This document shows positions 47,431 through 58,208 of a DNA stretch of 64,000 bases, in pieces. The stretch lies in contig CP066691.1 of assembly GCA_016432485.1 (NCBI GenBank), positions 388,709 through 452,708 on the forward strand, given 5' to 3'. How positions within the stretch are numbered: position 1 is the first letter of the stretch; each line of letters starts with the position of its first letter. This stretch comes from Candidatus Niyogibacteria bacterium (GTDB lineage Bacteria; Patescibacteriota; Minisyncoccia; HO2-45-28). A program made the translations under genes and the position numbers. The notes under the pieces were generated by a model. The model was not told where the DNA came from. It saw only the letters and a list, made by a program, of their open reading frames with translations, and searched no databases.

Positions 47431-49116
47431 CTATCCCTCAATCGCGCTTCGGGGTTCTGGCGCGACGGCTTCGCTTTTCCAAAATTTATGGCCAAGAGCT
47501 TCGGTTATGTCGCGGATTTCGCGATTCCCTGAAAACCAAAGAAATGCTCCGGCCGAAATAAGACCGGAGAGCGCCGCTGATATCCCGTGGAAAAAAACGC
47601 CCAAAAAAGTTTGGAGATCAAAAAATCCGCCGGTTATTCGCAAAACGCTGTAAGAAACCGCTCCTAAAATCAGAGCCGAAACCGCGTTTTGCAAAGACGA
47701 ACGTAAAAGCGTTCCGTCAAGGGTCTTGAAAAAGCGGTTAAAACCAAACCACAGCAAAACGGCATTAATAACACTGCCTATGCTGAATGAAAGTACAAGC
47801 AAAAGGACCGAGGTCTGATTTAGGTCCTCAACGCGCAAAATATGTTTACCCAAAAAAAGCAGAGCCGTATTTGATTTGAAAAGATATAAAGTGCCCGCGG
47901 CCATGGCAACGGTTACCAAACCCGAAATAGCGTTCACGATAAGAGGAAAAGCGGTGCGTCCGGCAGCGTAAAACGCCCGCACCAAAAGCAAAACTATGCC
48001 CTGCGCCAATATGGATACGCTGAATAATCCCAAAGCGGCCGCGGTCAGCCGCGTGTCAGACCAGCTGAAAACTCCGGCGCCCAGAATTACGCGGACAATG
48101 TGCGCGCGTAAAACTATAAACAAAACCACAAACGGAAGCGACCAAAAAATAATATGGCGCAGGGAAGAAACAACGCCCGAAACAAATTCTTCTTTTTTGC
48201 CGTCAACAAAAAAACGGGCCATGGTCGGAAAAGTGGCGACACTATAAGACAGCCCCACAACGCTCAAGGGAATGCTGAATAAATTATAGGCCAGCTGAAA
48301 AACAGCAATGGAACCCGCGCCTATGGCCGACGCCATGGCCGTAAAAACAATCAAAACCAACTGATTAAAACCGAGTCCGGCCGAACGCGGCATGGAAAGT
48401 TTAAGAACATCCAAAGCATCTCGGCTGAAAATTTTAAAAGTCAGGCCCGGAAAAAGTCCAAGCGAAACCAAACTCGGCACCTGTATTAAAAAATGGAGCA
48501 AGGCGCCCAGCACAACGCCCCAAGCTAGTCCCGAAAGACCCATTGCCGGATAAAAAAACAAAATGCCGGCTATGATACCGACATTATAGAGAATAGGACT
48601 TAAGGCGTAAATAAAAAAACGGCTATGCGCTTGAAGGACATTAGAAACAAGAGTTGAGAAACCCAAGAGCAAAGGAGATAAAAGAAGTACGCGGCTTAAA
48701 TTGATAAGTTGGTCAAAACTCGCCACAGAAAATCCCGGGGCGATAAAAGCTGAAATGTAGGGCATTAAAAAAAACGAGACCGAAATCAGCAGGGCCGCAA
48801 CCAGAAAAAAAAGACCGGATACCCGCGAAATAAATTTTTTAACCTCGCCCGATCCGCGGCTTTCTTTCTGCACAAAAATCGGGAGAATCGCGGCACTAGT
48901 TGAAAATATGAGCAGAACTGAATATAAAAAATCAGGAACGCGAAAAGCGGCAAAATAAATATCAAGAGTTGCTCCGGCGCCGAAAGAGCCGGCGAGCAAT
49001 CTGTCACGATAAAGCGCCAAAAATTTGGCGGCCACGCTTGATAAACCAATAAGCAAAGCGGCCTGATAAACGCCGGCCACCTCTCGGTTCAAAGACGATA
49101 AAAATTTTCTGACCAT
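47431..49116 (-). CDS. murJ: lipid II flippase MurJ/MviN
   Basis: 561 aa with 14-TM MviN pattern (LLAGSFGAGATLDIYFAAFRVPDFLYSVLL...). Confidence 0.8.
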   Translation of the reverse strand: MVRKFLSSLNREVAGVYQAALLIGLSSVAAKFLALYRDRLLAGSFGAGATLDIYFAAFRVPDFLYSVLLIFSTSAAILPIFVQKESRGSGEVKKFISRVSGLFFLVAALLISVSFFLMPYISAFIAPGFSVASFDQLINLSRVLLLSPLLLGFSTLVSNVLQAHSRFFIYALSPILYNVGIIAGILFFYPAMGLSGLAWGVVLGALLHFLIQVPSLVSLGLFPGLTFKIFSRDALDVLKLSMPRSAGLGFNQLVLIVFTAMASAIGAGSIAVFQLAYNLFSIPLSVVGLSYSVATFPTMARFFVDGKKEEFVSGVVSSLRHIIFWSLPFVVLFIVLRAHIVRVILGAGVFSWSDTRLTAAALGLFSVSILAQGIVLLLVRAFYAAGRTAFPLIVNAISGLVTVAMAAGTLYLFKSNTALLFLGKHILRVEDLNQTSVLLLVLSFSIGSVINAVLLWFGFNRFFKTLDGTLLRSSLQNAVSALILGAVSYSVLRITGGFFDLQTFLGVFFHGISAALSGLISAGAFLWFSGNREIRDITEALGHKFWKSEAVAPEPRSAIEG

Positions 49117-49124
49117 TGAACGGC

Positions 49125-51446
49125 CTATTCCCTGACTGGCGGCTCTTGGCGGGCTTCGGGCCTAGGCGCCGGCGGGGATATTCCGGACAAGGCGCTTTTT
49201 CCATTGCGCAAATTTCTTAATATCTGATCCACTTCTGCGTTTTGAGGATTTAAACTTTTTATCAATTCAAATTGTTCAATGGCCGCGGGCTTCATTCCCA
49301 GACGGTCGTAAATCAAGCCCAAAAAATATCTGGCGTTTGAGTAGTTTGAATTCAGAGCAACCGCTCTTTCAAAAACAACGCGAGCGTTATCCAGGCGGTT
49401 TGAACGATAGTAAAGCAAACCGAGCTGAAACAGCGCTCCAATATCGTTCGGGCTCAAAACGGCCGCCGCTTCAGCGCGCAGAATAGCGTTAGAAGTATTG
49501 CCCTGCGCGTCTTCTATTTGAGCTAAAAGAAAATGCGCGGGAGTATAGTTGCTTTTAAGTTTCAAAGAATCTTCAAGCAAGCCCTTGGCCTGATCAAGCT
49601 GATTCAAGGCCAGTGCCACCCTGGCCTGAACCAATAAAGGTTCGGGACTTGTGGAATTTCTTGCCGCGGCTTCTTTGTAAGCGCTCATGGCAAATTCCGA
49701 AGCCCCAGCAACCTGAAAAGGAATCACCGCTTCATAAACGCGCCCCATAGCCATCCAATTAAGATTTTCCGCTGGATTAAGATTGACCGCGGTTTGCGCG
49801 TTTTGTATGGCCCGGCTTAAAAAACTCTGAAATCCGCCTCTTATATCGTCAGCGGAAAGGTCGCCTCTATTGAGCAATAAAGCCATGTCCTGCAAATCTA
49901 ATTCGGCCGCCGCTCTAAAATAAGAATCGCGCTGGTCCAAAGAAATCGCCAAACCCAGAGCTCCGCGCGCTCCAGCCGCATCACCAACCGCGCTTAATTG
50001 ACCGGCTCTCCCAAAAAAGTAAGCCGAGGCGTATTTTTGTCCGAAAATGTAAAAACTGGAAAAAGAAACTATTAAAAGAAATATGATGGCCAGAGCCGAT
50101 ATGAATCCGATTCCTGAACTTTGGAAAAGAGCGATGTTATACTCTTTAGCCAGGCGGCGCTCGGAAATAAGCGCCATAAACATGCCCAAAAACAAAAACA
50201 GAAAAAGGGTTAAGGTGAATCCGACGTTGTAAACGAACAAATAAACAAAAATCATCAGGGAACCGCAAAGAACCAAAACAAAAATAGGGTCAAGTTTTGT
50301 CTGCCCGGAGCCGGCAAGGGCCTTTAAACTAAAATAAAAAAACGAAAGTGCGACTAACAAAAAAGCGGCAAAGCCCAAAATGCCGACCGAGGCCAAAAGA
50401 GACGGCACAAACGCGACTCCGCTTGAAAAACGGGTCGCCCAAAAAATACTTTCATTGACGGCAAGCGGTTTGAAGCGCAGCCAATCGTATACGAAAGTCG
50501 CCGGACCCGAACCAAGGAAAGGAGTTTCTTCAAGCGTCTTTTGCACAACCGTCCAGGAAGCCGGGAAAGACGGCCTAACTTCAAGATCGCCCAATCCTAA
50601 ATAAGAAATAATTGACGAAGAAATTGCCGGAACCTGGATAAATAAAAGCACTACGATTAAAGCCAAAAGCGTTGCGCTAAAAATATTTATTCTACGCGGC
50701 TTCAAAGATAAAAGGTAGGCCATTATTACCAGCAAAAAAGAAAAAGTTACCCACCAAATAATACGATTGTTGACCATCACGATAACGACGAGCGAAATTA
50801 AAGACAGCCCCATAAAAACGGCGCGAAGCCTGCGTTCGGTCAAAACCTCAAAAAGAAAAAGCGCAAGCACTCCCACCACGCTGAAAAATATCCCGAGTTC
50901 GGTCCAGGAACCAAAGAGATTTGAAGATGCTGATGAAAAATTAATTCCCAAAAAAGAACTGAAACCAAAAACAACCCGCAAAAGCTGAAAGATAAAAATA
51001 AGAAGAGCGGATGAAAACAGGGCCGAGAACCAAAAAAATACTTCTTTCGGAGTGCGCAGATAAAAATAAGCGACAAATCCGGCAATCACAAACATCAAAA
51101 CGGCAAAGAAACTTGAGGCGTCGTCATTTAATTCGTAGAAAGAAACATGCGGGCTTAATGAAAAAACACCGGACATAAACCAAACCGCCGCCATAAAAAT
51201 AAGCGTCAAAGCCAAATAATTTTTTGGCAGCGTAACCGTTCCGGTATTAATCCGACCGACAAGCCAGCATAGAAAAGCGACAATTATCAAAAGATAAGAT
51301 AAGGCCACTTTGTTCGTGCCCAGGGGATTTGAAGTAAGAGGCAAAACCCAAAACGGAACAAGAAAGCCGAGCAAGTAAACCGACCAGCGCCCCGCTCTGT
51401 CCCATAAAGAAAAAGAGAGTGGTTTTTCAGCTAAATTTTCAGCCAT
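49125..51446 (-). CDS. O-antigen ligase/polymerase-like multi-TM protein with C-terminal TPR repeats
   Basis: About 12 TM segments then TPR-like helices (AEAAAVLSPNDIGALFQLGLLYYRSNRLDNARVVFERAVALNSNYSNARYFLGLIY). Confidence 0.55.
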   Translation of the reverse strand: MAENLAEKPLSFSLWDRAGRWSVYLLGFLVPFWVLPLTSNPLGTNKVALSYLLIIVAFLCWLVGRINTGTVTLPKNYLALTLIFMAAVWFMSGVFSLSPHVSFYELNDDASSFFAVLMFVIAGFVAYFYLRTPKEVFFWFSALFSSALLIFIFQLLRVVFGFSSFLGINFSSASSNLFGSWTELGIFFSVVGVLALFLFEVLTERRLRAVFMGLSLISLVVIVMVNNRIIWWVTFSFLLVIMAYLLSLKPRRINIFSATLLALIVVLLFIQVPAISSSIISYLGLGDLEVRPSFPASWTVVQKTLEETPFLGSGPATFVYDWLRFKPLAVNESIFWATRFSSGVAFVPSLLASVGILGFAAFLLVALSFFYFSLKALAGSGQTKLDPIFVLVLCGSLMIFVYLFVYNVGFTLTLFLFLFLGMFMALISERRLAKEYNIALFQSSGIGFISALAIIFLLIVSFSSFYIFGQKYASAYFFGRAGQLSAVGDAAGARGALGLAISLDQRDSYFRAAAELDLQDMALLLNRGDLSADDIRGGFQSFLSRAIQNAQTAVNLNPAENLNWMAMGRVYEAVIPFQVAGASEFAMSAYKEAAARNSTSPEPLLVQARVALALNQLDQAKGLLEDSLKLKSNYTPAHFLLAQIEDAQGNTSNAILRAEAAAVLSPNDIGALFQLGLLYYRSNRLDNARVVFERAVALNSNYSNARYFLGLIYDRLGMKPAAIEQFELIKSLNPQNAEVDQILRNLRNGKSALSGISPPAPRPEARQEPPVRE

Positions 51447-51518
51447 ATTCAAAATAGTATCATAAGCCAATTTGACTGGCAAAACAACCTTATGCACAAT
51501 AAAGTAATGGGACGATAT

Positions 51519-51719
51519 ATGACAATCAAAGAGGCAGCTAAATATCTGGGAGTCTCCCCGCTGACCTTGCGCAATTGGGATAAAAAGGGGCAACTGGTGG
51601 CCATAAGGCACCCGGTCAACAATTATCGCCTGTATACTTTTTCGGACATAGAAAAATTTCTAAAAAGCTTTGAGGGCAGAAGGCCCAGAAAATTGAAAGT
51701 CCGACTCATAGAGGATTAA
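51519..51719 (+). CDS. small HTH_17 (excisionase/MerR-type) DNA-binding protein
   Basis: MTIKEAAKYLGVSPLTLRNWDKKGQL helix-turn-helix. Confidence 0.5.
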   Translation: MTIKEAAKYLGVSPLTLRNWDKKGQLVAIRHPVNNYRLYTFSDIEKFLKSFEGRRPRKLKVRLIED

Positions 51720-51761
51720 TCCTTTGGCAAGCCATTAACCCTTCGACAAGCTCAGGGTAAA

Positions 51762-51790
51762 GAAAACACCCCGCAGCTGCGGGGTGTTTT
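51762..51790. terminator. bidirectional hairpin terminator
   Basis: AAAACACCCCGCAGCTGCGGGGTGTTTT. Confidence 0.6.
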
Positions 51791-51792
51791 CG

Positions 51793-52248
51793 GCTGCGCG
51801 TCCGTAAGCCGAATTCTGTTTTAGATGGTCATTTATCTGTTCCATAAATTACTTTATGGAATCAAGCGGCACCTCCGCCTATGAGGCGGATACGGCCTTG
51901 CACCAAACGGGGTTTGCCATCAGCAATAAATTACTTTATTGCGAACTGCGATAGCCATAGAGCCCAAAATGGACATAAAGACACTCGCAGACTTTTCACC
52001 TTTGGTTCGGAAGAACCACCCTGAGCACAGTCGAAGGGTTGCCCTTCAATGCGTTCGCCTTCGGCGAACTTATTCAGGGTTAGTTTGCTTCGCAAACTAG
52101 TATCGTCTCTGTGGCACTTTCCCTAGCCCGGCATTACTGCCGGGCCGATGGATGTTATCCATCGCTTACACATTAAAAATGAATTTCAATGTAGTGTTCG
52201 GACTTTCCTCGGGACACAAGACTGTGCCCCGCGACCATTCAACGCGCA
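51793..52248 (-). ncRNA. rnpB: RNase P RNA
   Basis: Minus strand has GAGGAAAGUCCGAAC (P4 5'), GGGAAAGUGCCACAGAGACGA (B. subtilis-like GAAAGUGCCACAG) and ACAGAAUUCGGCUUA (P4 3'). P1 is GCGCGU/ACGCGC. Promoter TTGACT-17-TATATA lies upstream. Confidence 0.8.
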
Positions 52249-52257
52249 ACTTATTTA

Positions 52258-52286
52258 TATATAGCATAATTAAATTCAAAAGTCAA
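52258..52286 (-). promoter_or_regulatory. promoter of rnpB
   Basis: Minus strand TTGACT - 17 nt - TATATA, about 8 nt before the P1 5' strand. Confidence 0.55.
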
Positions 52287-52403
52287 ATAAAACAAAAAAT
52301 TGGGTAATGCGTTGAGTAATGCACCGACTTAACATATCCTAACGGCCGTTAGGATATGTTAAGCGGATTTTAAAACAAAAAACTCGCCCGTCTTAAACTA
52401 AAT

Positions 52404-52434
52404 AAACAAAAAACTTGGACACTCCGTGTCCAAG
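52404..52434 (-). terminator. terminator after the M16 peptidase gene
   Basis: CTTGGACACGGAGTGTCCAAG hairpin followed by TTTTTTGTTT on the minus strand. Confidence 0.6.
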
Positions 52435-52448
52435 TTAATATAAACGTT

Positions 52449-53753
52449 TTAATTCAAAAAAAGAGCAATCTCTTTTTCTAATGATTCTGGTCCGGTTAAG
52501 GCAACCGTCAGCTGGCCGAGTGAAAGGAGACTATAAGCCACGCCAAGAACATCATCCTTTGTCACCCCGGCAACTTGCCTTTCCTCCTCTTCGCGATTCA
52601 CCATCCGGCCGTATCTCAAAACATTTGAGCCGTTTTTGGCCGCAAAACCGCCGGCCGACTCCATCTTCATATCCGCGGCATTTAGCAAAAACTTGGAATC
52701 AACAAGCTCCTGGTCGCTGACCGGCTCGCGGGCCATTTTTTCAACTTCAACCATAATAACCTTGAAGGCCTCCACCGGCTTGGTGGTCATTGTCATTATG
52801 TTAAAAACACCGGCATCGCGAAATTCATCCGTGCTTGAACGCACACGATAAGCAAGCGCGCGCTTTTCCCTGACTTCCGAAAAAAGACGCGAGGACATTT
52901 TTCCGCCAAGAATATCCGCCAAAATTCTTGCCGCATGCCTATATGGGCTATGATATCCGCCGATTCTGAAACCGGCGGCAATCGTGGTCTGATCAAATCT
53001 GCCAACTCTTTCTATATATCTTGTCTTGCTTTGGTACGGCAGAAAACAGCGCGACATGAGGCCGGAGCCAACTTGCCAACTTTGGCCGAAATTACCAAGG
53101 GCCTTTTCGGCAGCGCTAAGTGCCTCGTCAAAAGTTATCCCTCCGGCAATTGAAATTACAATGTTTTCCGGCAAGTACCACTTTTTTATAAGAGCGCGCA
53201 TGTCCTCGGGGCCGATACGACGAATAGTATTTTCGGAACCAATAATGCCCATCTGAAGGTTGAACATCGCCTCGGGCAAAAGAACCACCGGCGCACAAGC
53301 GGCATTATTTTCTTCATACATTCGCTTCTCTTCCAAAATTACCTGCCGTTCTTTTTCCCATTCTTCGTGAGCAAGTAAGCTATAATGCAAAGAATCGGCA
53401 TAAACCCTCAGAACTTCTTGAAAACGCACGGCCGGAGCTAAAAACCAATAACCCGTTCTCTCCACGCCGGTAAAAGCGTTAATCGTCGCTCCGTTGCCTT
53501 CCATTTCGCGGGCAATGTCCATAGCATTTCTTGAAGGAGTCCCTTTAAATATCATATGTTCAAGAGCGTGCGAAACGCCGACCACTTCATCGTCTTCGTC
53601 TCTGGAACCAACGCCGACCAAAAAGTAAAAAGCGACAACTTCCGATGCCGGCCTATTTTCAACTACAACTCTTATGCCATTTGAAAGCTGGCCGACTCTG
53701 TGATTACCGATAAAACCAATACCACCGTTTACAACATCCCCACCCTCGGACAT
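52449..53753 (-). CDS. M16-family zinc peptidase (insulinase-like)
   Basis: HALEHMIFKGT (HxxEH) inverted zincin motif. 434 aa. Confidence 0.75.
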   Translation of the reverse strand: MSEGGDVVNGGIGFIGNHRVGQLSNGIRVVVENRPASEVVAFYFLVGVGSRDEDDEVVGVSHALEHMIFKGTPSRNAMDIAREMEGNGATINAFTGVERTGYWFLAPAVRFQEVLRVYADSLHYSLLAHEEWEKERQVILEEKRMYEENNAACAPVVLLPEAMFNLQMGIIGSENTIRRIGPEDMRALIKKWYLPENIVISIAGGITFDEALSAAEKALGNFGQSWQVGSGLMSRCFLPYQSKTRYIERVGRFDQTTIAAGFRIGGYHSPYRHAARILADILGGKMSSRLFSEVREKRALAYRVRSSTDEFRDAGVFNIMTMTTKPVEAFKVIMVEVEKMAREPVSDQELVDSKFLLNAADMKMESAGGFAAKNGSNVLRYGRMVNREEEERQVAGVTKDDVLGVAYSLLSLGQLTVALTGPESLEKEIALFLN

Positions 53754-53825
53754 TTCCGCCTCCTTTTTTGGAAAAGAAAAACCGCGCTTATCATAGCGCG
53801 GCGTGGTTTATAAAGTCAATTTTAT

Positions 53826-54899
53826 TTAAACCCCCGCAGAATTTTCTTCAACGACTTGATACTTATCCAAGTTCGCCTCAAATTCGTGCAAGCGCCTCCA
53901 AATACTGCGCAATCTTGTGATTCTTGTCCAATTGTCAATAAACACGGCTAAACTTGAACGCACTTCTCCAAAAGCTCCGGATATTTGGATAACGATTCCT
54001 AGAGACGCGATTCCAGCCATTAAACTTGAGCCCATAATAATAAAAGGCAAAATAACCATCATCTGATTATACATACTAAGCCACAAGTCGACGTAGCCGT
54101 AATGCAAATACAAACGGAAATAATTAACTTTAATTCCCGTAAATAAACCCGCCAGCGTTAACATGTTTGAATGGTTAGTTTTATCGTCTTCGGCCAAAAC
54201 CAATTCTTTTCTAAACGCGGCCTCAACCACCTGATTGTTATACTCGAGTTTCGGCAGAAAGTAAGCGACTCCCCAAGTAATTGCCATTCCGCCAATACTT
54301 ACTGCCAGCGCCACCCAAAACAGCGAGCCCGGGATATCGGTTAAAATCCAAAACTTCACTTCATTGCTTAAACCCCACAAAATCGGAGAAAATACCACCA
54401 CCGTCATAACGGCATTCATCGCTTTGAGCCCCAGGGATTCTAAAATATCCGCAAAGAGAGCCGGATCTTCTTGCATACGCTGGCTTTCGCCTTCAATTTT
54501 AACCGGCACGTTTTTCCATCGCGGAAGATAATCAAAAGTTATGGCCGTGCGCCACCTAAAAACATAGTGGCGGGCTATAAAATTCATAATCGTTGATAAA
54601 AGAATCCAGCACACGGCAAGCCACGCGAATCGTCCGAGACCCCCGTAAAAATCTTGGAGCGCATAGCTTTTCGGAGCCTGCATTATGTTATAAAAATCTC
54701 TTTGCCACCGATTAAATAACACTGAAAGATAAACAAGCGAAGAAGAGAGAAGTATCAACAAGAAGCCCGCGCCGTAGGCCCACAAAGCCCATTTCTTTGA
54801 CCAGAAAAAAGATTTTATCACCAGCCGTCCTCCTGATGTATCTTTAGTTTCAAATGACGAATTCTTGCGCAACTGTAGCACAAAAAATTGAATTAGCAA
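53826..54899 (-). CDS. multi-TM transporter-like protein (SbmA/BacA-like, ABC type-2 TM domain)
   Basis: 357 aa, about 6-7 TM. Assignment by overall topology only. Confidence 0.35.
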   Translation of the reverse strand: MLIQFFVLQLRKNSSFETKDTSGGRLVIKSFFWSKKWALWAYGAGFLLILLSSSLVYLSVLFNRWQRDFYNIMQAPKSYALQDFYGGLGRFAWLAVCWILLSTIMNFIARHYVFRWRTAITFDYLPRWKNVPVKIEGESQRMQEDPALFADILESLGLKAMNAVMTVVVFSPILWGLSNEVKFWILTDIPGSLFWVALAVSIGGMAITWGVAYFLPKLEYNNQVVEAAFRKELVLAEDDKTNHSNMLTLAGLFTGIKVNYFRLYLHYGYVDLWLSMYNQMMVILPFIIMGSSLMAGIASLGIVIQISGAFGEVRSSLAVFIDNWTRITRLRSIWRRLHEFEANLDKYQVVEENSAGV

Positions 54900-54923
54900 A
54901 AGCGCGGTTTAAGCCGCGCTTTT

Positions 54924-55754
54924 TTATTTCCCCGAAAGCAAAGACCCGATTAAAAAACAGTTTTTCCCGCAGTTTTCGGTTCGACGAACAATAATAGAGC
55001 GCAAAAAACCTTTTTCATCTACAATCAGAGAGCCGCTGACATAGGGCATTTCTGAATCCGGTTTGTACGCCTCCATCCGGTCGGAAAGAATGCCCGGCTC
55101 TTCCTTGAGCCATTTCATAAACAATTGTCTATCCTGAAAACGAATATTTCCCGTGGAATCGTAAAGGCCGGAAATTGCTCCATATTTAGCGCACAATTTC
55201 ACATTTTTCACAAGCCGGCACAAAGTCCCTCGGTCTTGAAAGGTCAGCTGACCTCTGACGAATTTCATTTTAATGGCGGCCCCTCTAACCGACGAATAGA
55301 CTGCCCTGTCTTCAAAAAAATCTTGCGATCTTACAAAGCCAACAATAAACAATTCACCGATTTCCGTTTCTTGGCTTCCGATTTTAAATGCCGAAGCCGT
55401 GGGGTAATTTTTCGGAAGAGGAATATACGCGAGATCTCTTTCCAGAAGAATCTCAACAGAGTCTTTCGGAATGCTTAAAAAATATTTTCCGATATAGACG
55501 CCGACGGTTCTGGAAATATGAATCAGGGCATGAGCCGGAGTAACAACGGTCGGCCGGCCATCTTTGACGATAAGGCCGCCTACCTGAGCCCACACCTGCC
55601 GCGCTCCCGTCGCCGGATTATAATTTTCAAGCGACACGATAGCGATATTATCAGGAATAATTTCATTATCTCCTTCTACGGATTTGAACGCCAAAAAAAA
55701 CAGCGTAACAAAAAGCAGGAAAACAGTAACTCCCAGAAACTTAAGTTTCTTCAT
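54924..55754 (-). CDS. secreted protein, possible trypsin-like serine peptidase
   Basis: Signal peptide. TPAHA (cf. TAAHC) and GSLIVDEKG (cf. GDSGGPL) are weak matches. Confidence 0.3.
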   Translation of the reverse strand: MKKLKFLGVTVFLLFVTLFFLAFKSVEGDNEIIPDNIAIVSLENYNPATGARQVWAQVGGLIVKDGRPTVVTPAHALIHISRTVGVYIGKYFLSIPKDSVEILLERDLAYIPLPKNYPTASAFKIGSQETEIGELFIVGFVRSQDFFEDRAVYSSVRGAAIKMKFVRGQLTFQDRGTLCRLVKNVKLCAKYGAISGLYDSTGNIRFQDRQLFMKWLKEEPGILSDRMEAYKPDSEMPYVSGSLIVDEKGFLRSIIVRRTENCGKNCFLIGSLLSGK

Positions 55755-55868
55755 GGTGCCTCCCCGACGGCACTGCGGAAAAATTATTAATGTTCGGACC
55801 TGCTTAAATTATACTTCGTAAAACGCCAATAAACTTGTGCATAAGTTTTTCGGCGGATTCAATGCCTA

Positions 55869-58208
55869 TTATAGTTCCTGAATTTCGCACACACCCGAAA
55901 CGCAGGCAAGCTCTTTCGCTCCCTCAGTGGTATCGTCTTTTTCGTATAACACAATTTGAGAAAAGTCTATGGCCGGAAAATTCTTTTTCATTTCCTCATA
56001 CCGCTCTTTGGTAATAGTTTCATAGGGTGCCAGCTGGTAGACCGTGTCTTCTCTCGGCAAAAAAGAAAGGCCGCCTAAAATATCCCATTCTTTATAAAGC
56101 CAATGCGCGACATCAAGCCATTCGTCATCTCCCACCGAGATTGTCACCGATGGATTATGCTCAGTAAAATTTTGTTTAACAATTTTCCAGTGTTCCAGCT
56201 GGTCAATGGCTGAAAGATTATCGCGAAAAATCGCTCCTTTCGGCGCTTTGACCGGAAACTCAATGACATAAGTATTAGCCAAACCCATGGCTTGCCCCAC
56301 CTCCGGCTTATAAGGCGCTTTCTGGTCTTTTAACATTTGAAACAGGCTGTCGGTGGCGGAAATTCTGACTCTACGGATGTAATATTCCGAATGCCGAGGA
56401 TGCATCCCGCTTGACGCATCTACTGTCTGCGAGAGATTGCCGGATGGCTTAACGCAGGTTATCGCCGCCGAGGGCGCAACGCCGAAACGGGCGGCATATT
56501 CTTTGTTAATCCGAACAGTCTCTTCACGTAATTTTTTTAAGACCCCCGGATTCCTTGCCGCCGGCGAATCCCATTGGCCGGTAATAGAAACGCCTAAAAG
56601 CCGTTCTTCATTGCAGTTTCTTTTCCAGTCCTTGGACAGATACGGAAAATCGGTCAGCGTTGACTGGTAAGTTCCCAGAATCGTCGCCAAACGAACTTTT
56701 CGCAAAAGCGTTTCCTCTGTGTCTTCGGCCCGGGCAACCACTTCGGATAGATTGCAGAAAGATTTTGAGCGCAGCAAAATTTCGCCGCACGGATTTGTGC
56801 CCATGGTAGAAACATCTTCCTTAACAATCTTCCAGCGGCGTGCCGGAAGCTGGTTTTTTAATCCGCCTCTGTTAAAAATTCCCCGCTCACCGGAGCCGGA
56901 TTTGGCTAACGCCAGCCATTCTTCCAAAAATTGAGTGGCGGTTGGCTTTTCATTATAAACCGCCGAATTATTGGCCAGCATTCTCTGCGGTTCTTTTATG
57001 TAAAATTGGCCTTTTTTGGCATCGCGCATTTCAATATCATCAAGGTCGGAAAGAGAAATCAAAGCCGAGCGCCGAACGCCTCCTGAGACAACAATATCGC
57101 CTATTTTGCAGATGATATCGTGAACATCAAGATTTGAAAGACGTTTTCCCTGACGCGCCAAAATTTTCCTGCGCGAAAAATCCATAAGATCGCGAAGCGG
57201 TCCGGGGCCCGAAGATTTTCCTCCCATTGTTTTTAAGCGCGCGCCCTCGGGACGCAATTTAGAAAAATCAAAATCAATGTCTTTGCCCGAAAACCAGGTC
57301 TTAAGTCCGAGGGTTAAAGCGTTACACCAGCCCTCCTTTGAATCCTCGACAATGTGCGCCGGCAATTTTTCTCCGGTTTGTTTTTTAATCTGCGGAAGCT
57401 GCTGGGCGGTCTGCGACTCAACTGAAAAACCAACTCCCGCGCCGCACATTGAAACGTACATCATCTCGGCAAAATCTTCTAATTTCGTCGGCGCGATAAA
57501 AGAACAATTATAAGCGGCGACATTGGTGGCTCTGGCCGCTTTGCCGGCAAACTGCAAAAGACGCATTGAAGGCATTGCTTCGGCATTTAAAATCCCCGCG
57601 CGAAGTTCCTGATATTCCTCGTCCCGCAAATCATCGCCCAGATTTTCTTTCATAAAATTCATATAGCGATCTACTGTTTCTATCCAAGTCTCTCTGCGAT
57701 TTTCTTCTTCAATCCAGCGCGAGTATGTGCGGTAATAAACAAACTCGGCTAGGGGATTTCTAAAATATTTTTTTGACTCGCGGACAAGTTTTTTGAGCTC
57801 CGTGGGGACTTTTCTGCGGGCCTGGCGGATTTCAGATCTTTTTTGGCGGTAAAGAATATAGGCCTTGGCCGTCTTGGGAAAATCCATCAAGATGAGCTGC
57901 TGCTCTACGATATCCTGAATGTCTTCAATGCCCGGCGTTCCGCCATTAACGAATTTTTTGCGCAGTTCTCTAATCACGGAGTCGGCCACGCGAATAGGAT
58001 CATTTTTCAAATCGCCTTCGCCGTTTCTTTCTTTGACCGCCTCCATTGCCAAAGAAATTGCCCGCACAATCCTGGATGTGTCAAAAGGCACAATACGACC
58101 GTCGCGTTTGCGGACCTCTTTTAAAACCGAACCCGCCGGCTCTTTTCCGGCGGATAAAAATTTTTTTGCGGCCTCTTCTTTTTTTGCTGAAACAACCGTC
58201 ATTGCCAT
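55869..58208 (-). CDS. nrdJ: class II (adenosylcobalamin-dependent) ribonucleotide reductase with N-terminal ATP-cone
   Basis: ATP-cone VKRDGRIVPFDTSRIVRAI. Active-site NPCGEI. 779 aa, single chain. Confidence 0.8.
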   Translation of the reverse strand: MAMTVVSAKKEEAAKKFLSAGKEPAGSVLKEVRKRDGRIVPFDTSRIVRAISLAMEAVKERNGEGDLKNDPIRVADSVIRELRKKFVNGGTPGIEDIQDIVEQQLILMDFPKTAKAYILYRQKRSEIRQARRKVPTELKKLVRESKKYFRNPLAEFVYYRTYSRWIEEENRRETWIETVDRYMNFMKENLGDDLRDEEYQELRAGILNAEAMPSMRLLQFAGKAARATNVAAYNCSFIAPTKLEDFAEMMYVSMCGAGVGFSVESQTAQQLPQIKKQTGEKLPAHIVEDSKEGWCNALTLGLKTWFSGKDIDFDFSKLRPEGARLKTMGGKSSGPGPLRDLMDFSRRKILARQGKRLSNLDVHDIICKIGDIVVSGGVRRSALISLSDLDDIEMRDAKKGQFYIKEPQRMLANNSAVYNEKPTATQFLEEWLALAKSGSGERGIFNRGGLKNQLPARRWKIVKEDVSTMGTNPCGEILLRSKSFCNLSEVVARAEDTEETLLRKVRLATILGTYQSTLTDFPYLSKDWKRNCNEERLLGVSITGQWDSPAARNPGVLKKLREETVRINKEYAARFGVAPSAAITCVKPSGNLSQTVDASSGMHPRHSEYYIRRVRISATDSLFQMLKDQKAPYKPEVGQAMGLANTYVIEFPVKAPKGAIFRDNLSAIDQLEHWKIVKQNFTEHNPSVTISVGDDEWLDVAHWLYKEWDILGGLSFLPREDTVYQLAPYETITKERYEEMKKNFPAIDFSQIVLYEKDDTTEGAKELACVSGVCEIQEL

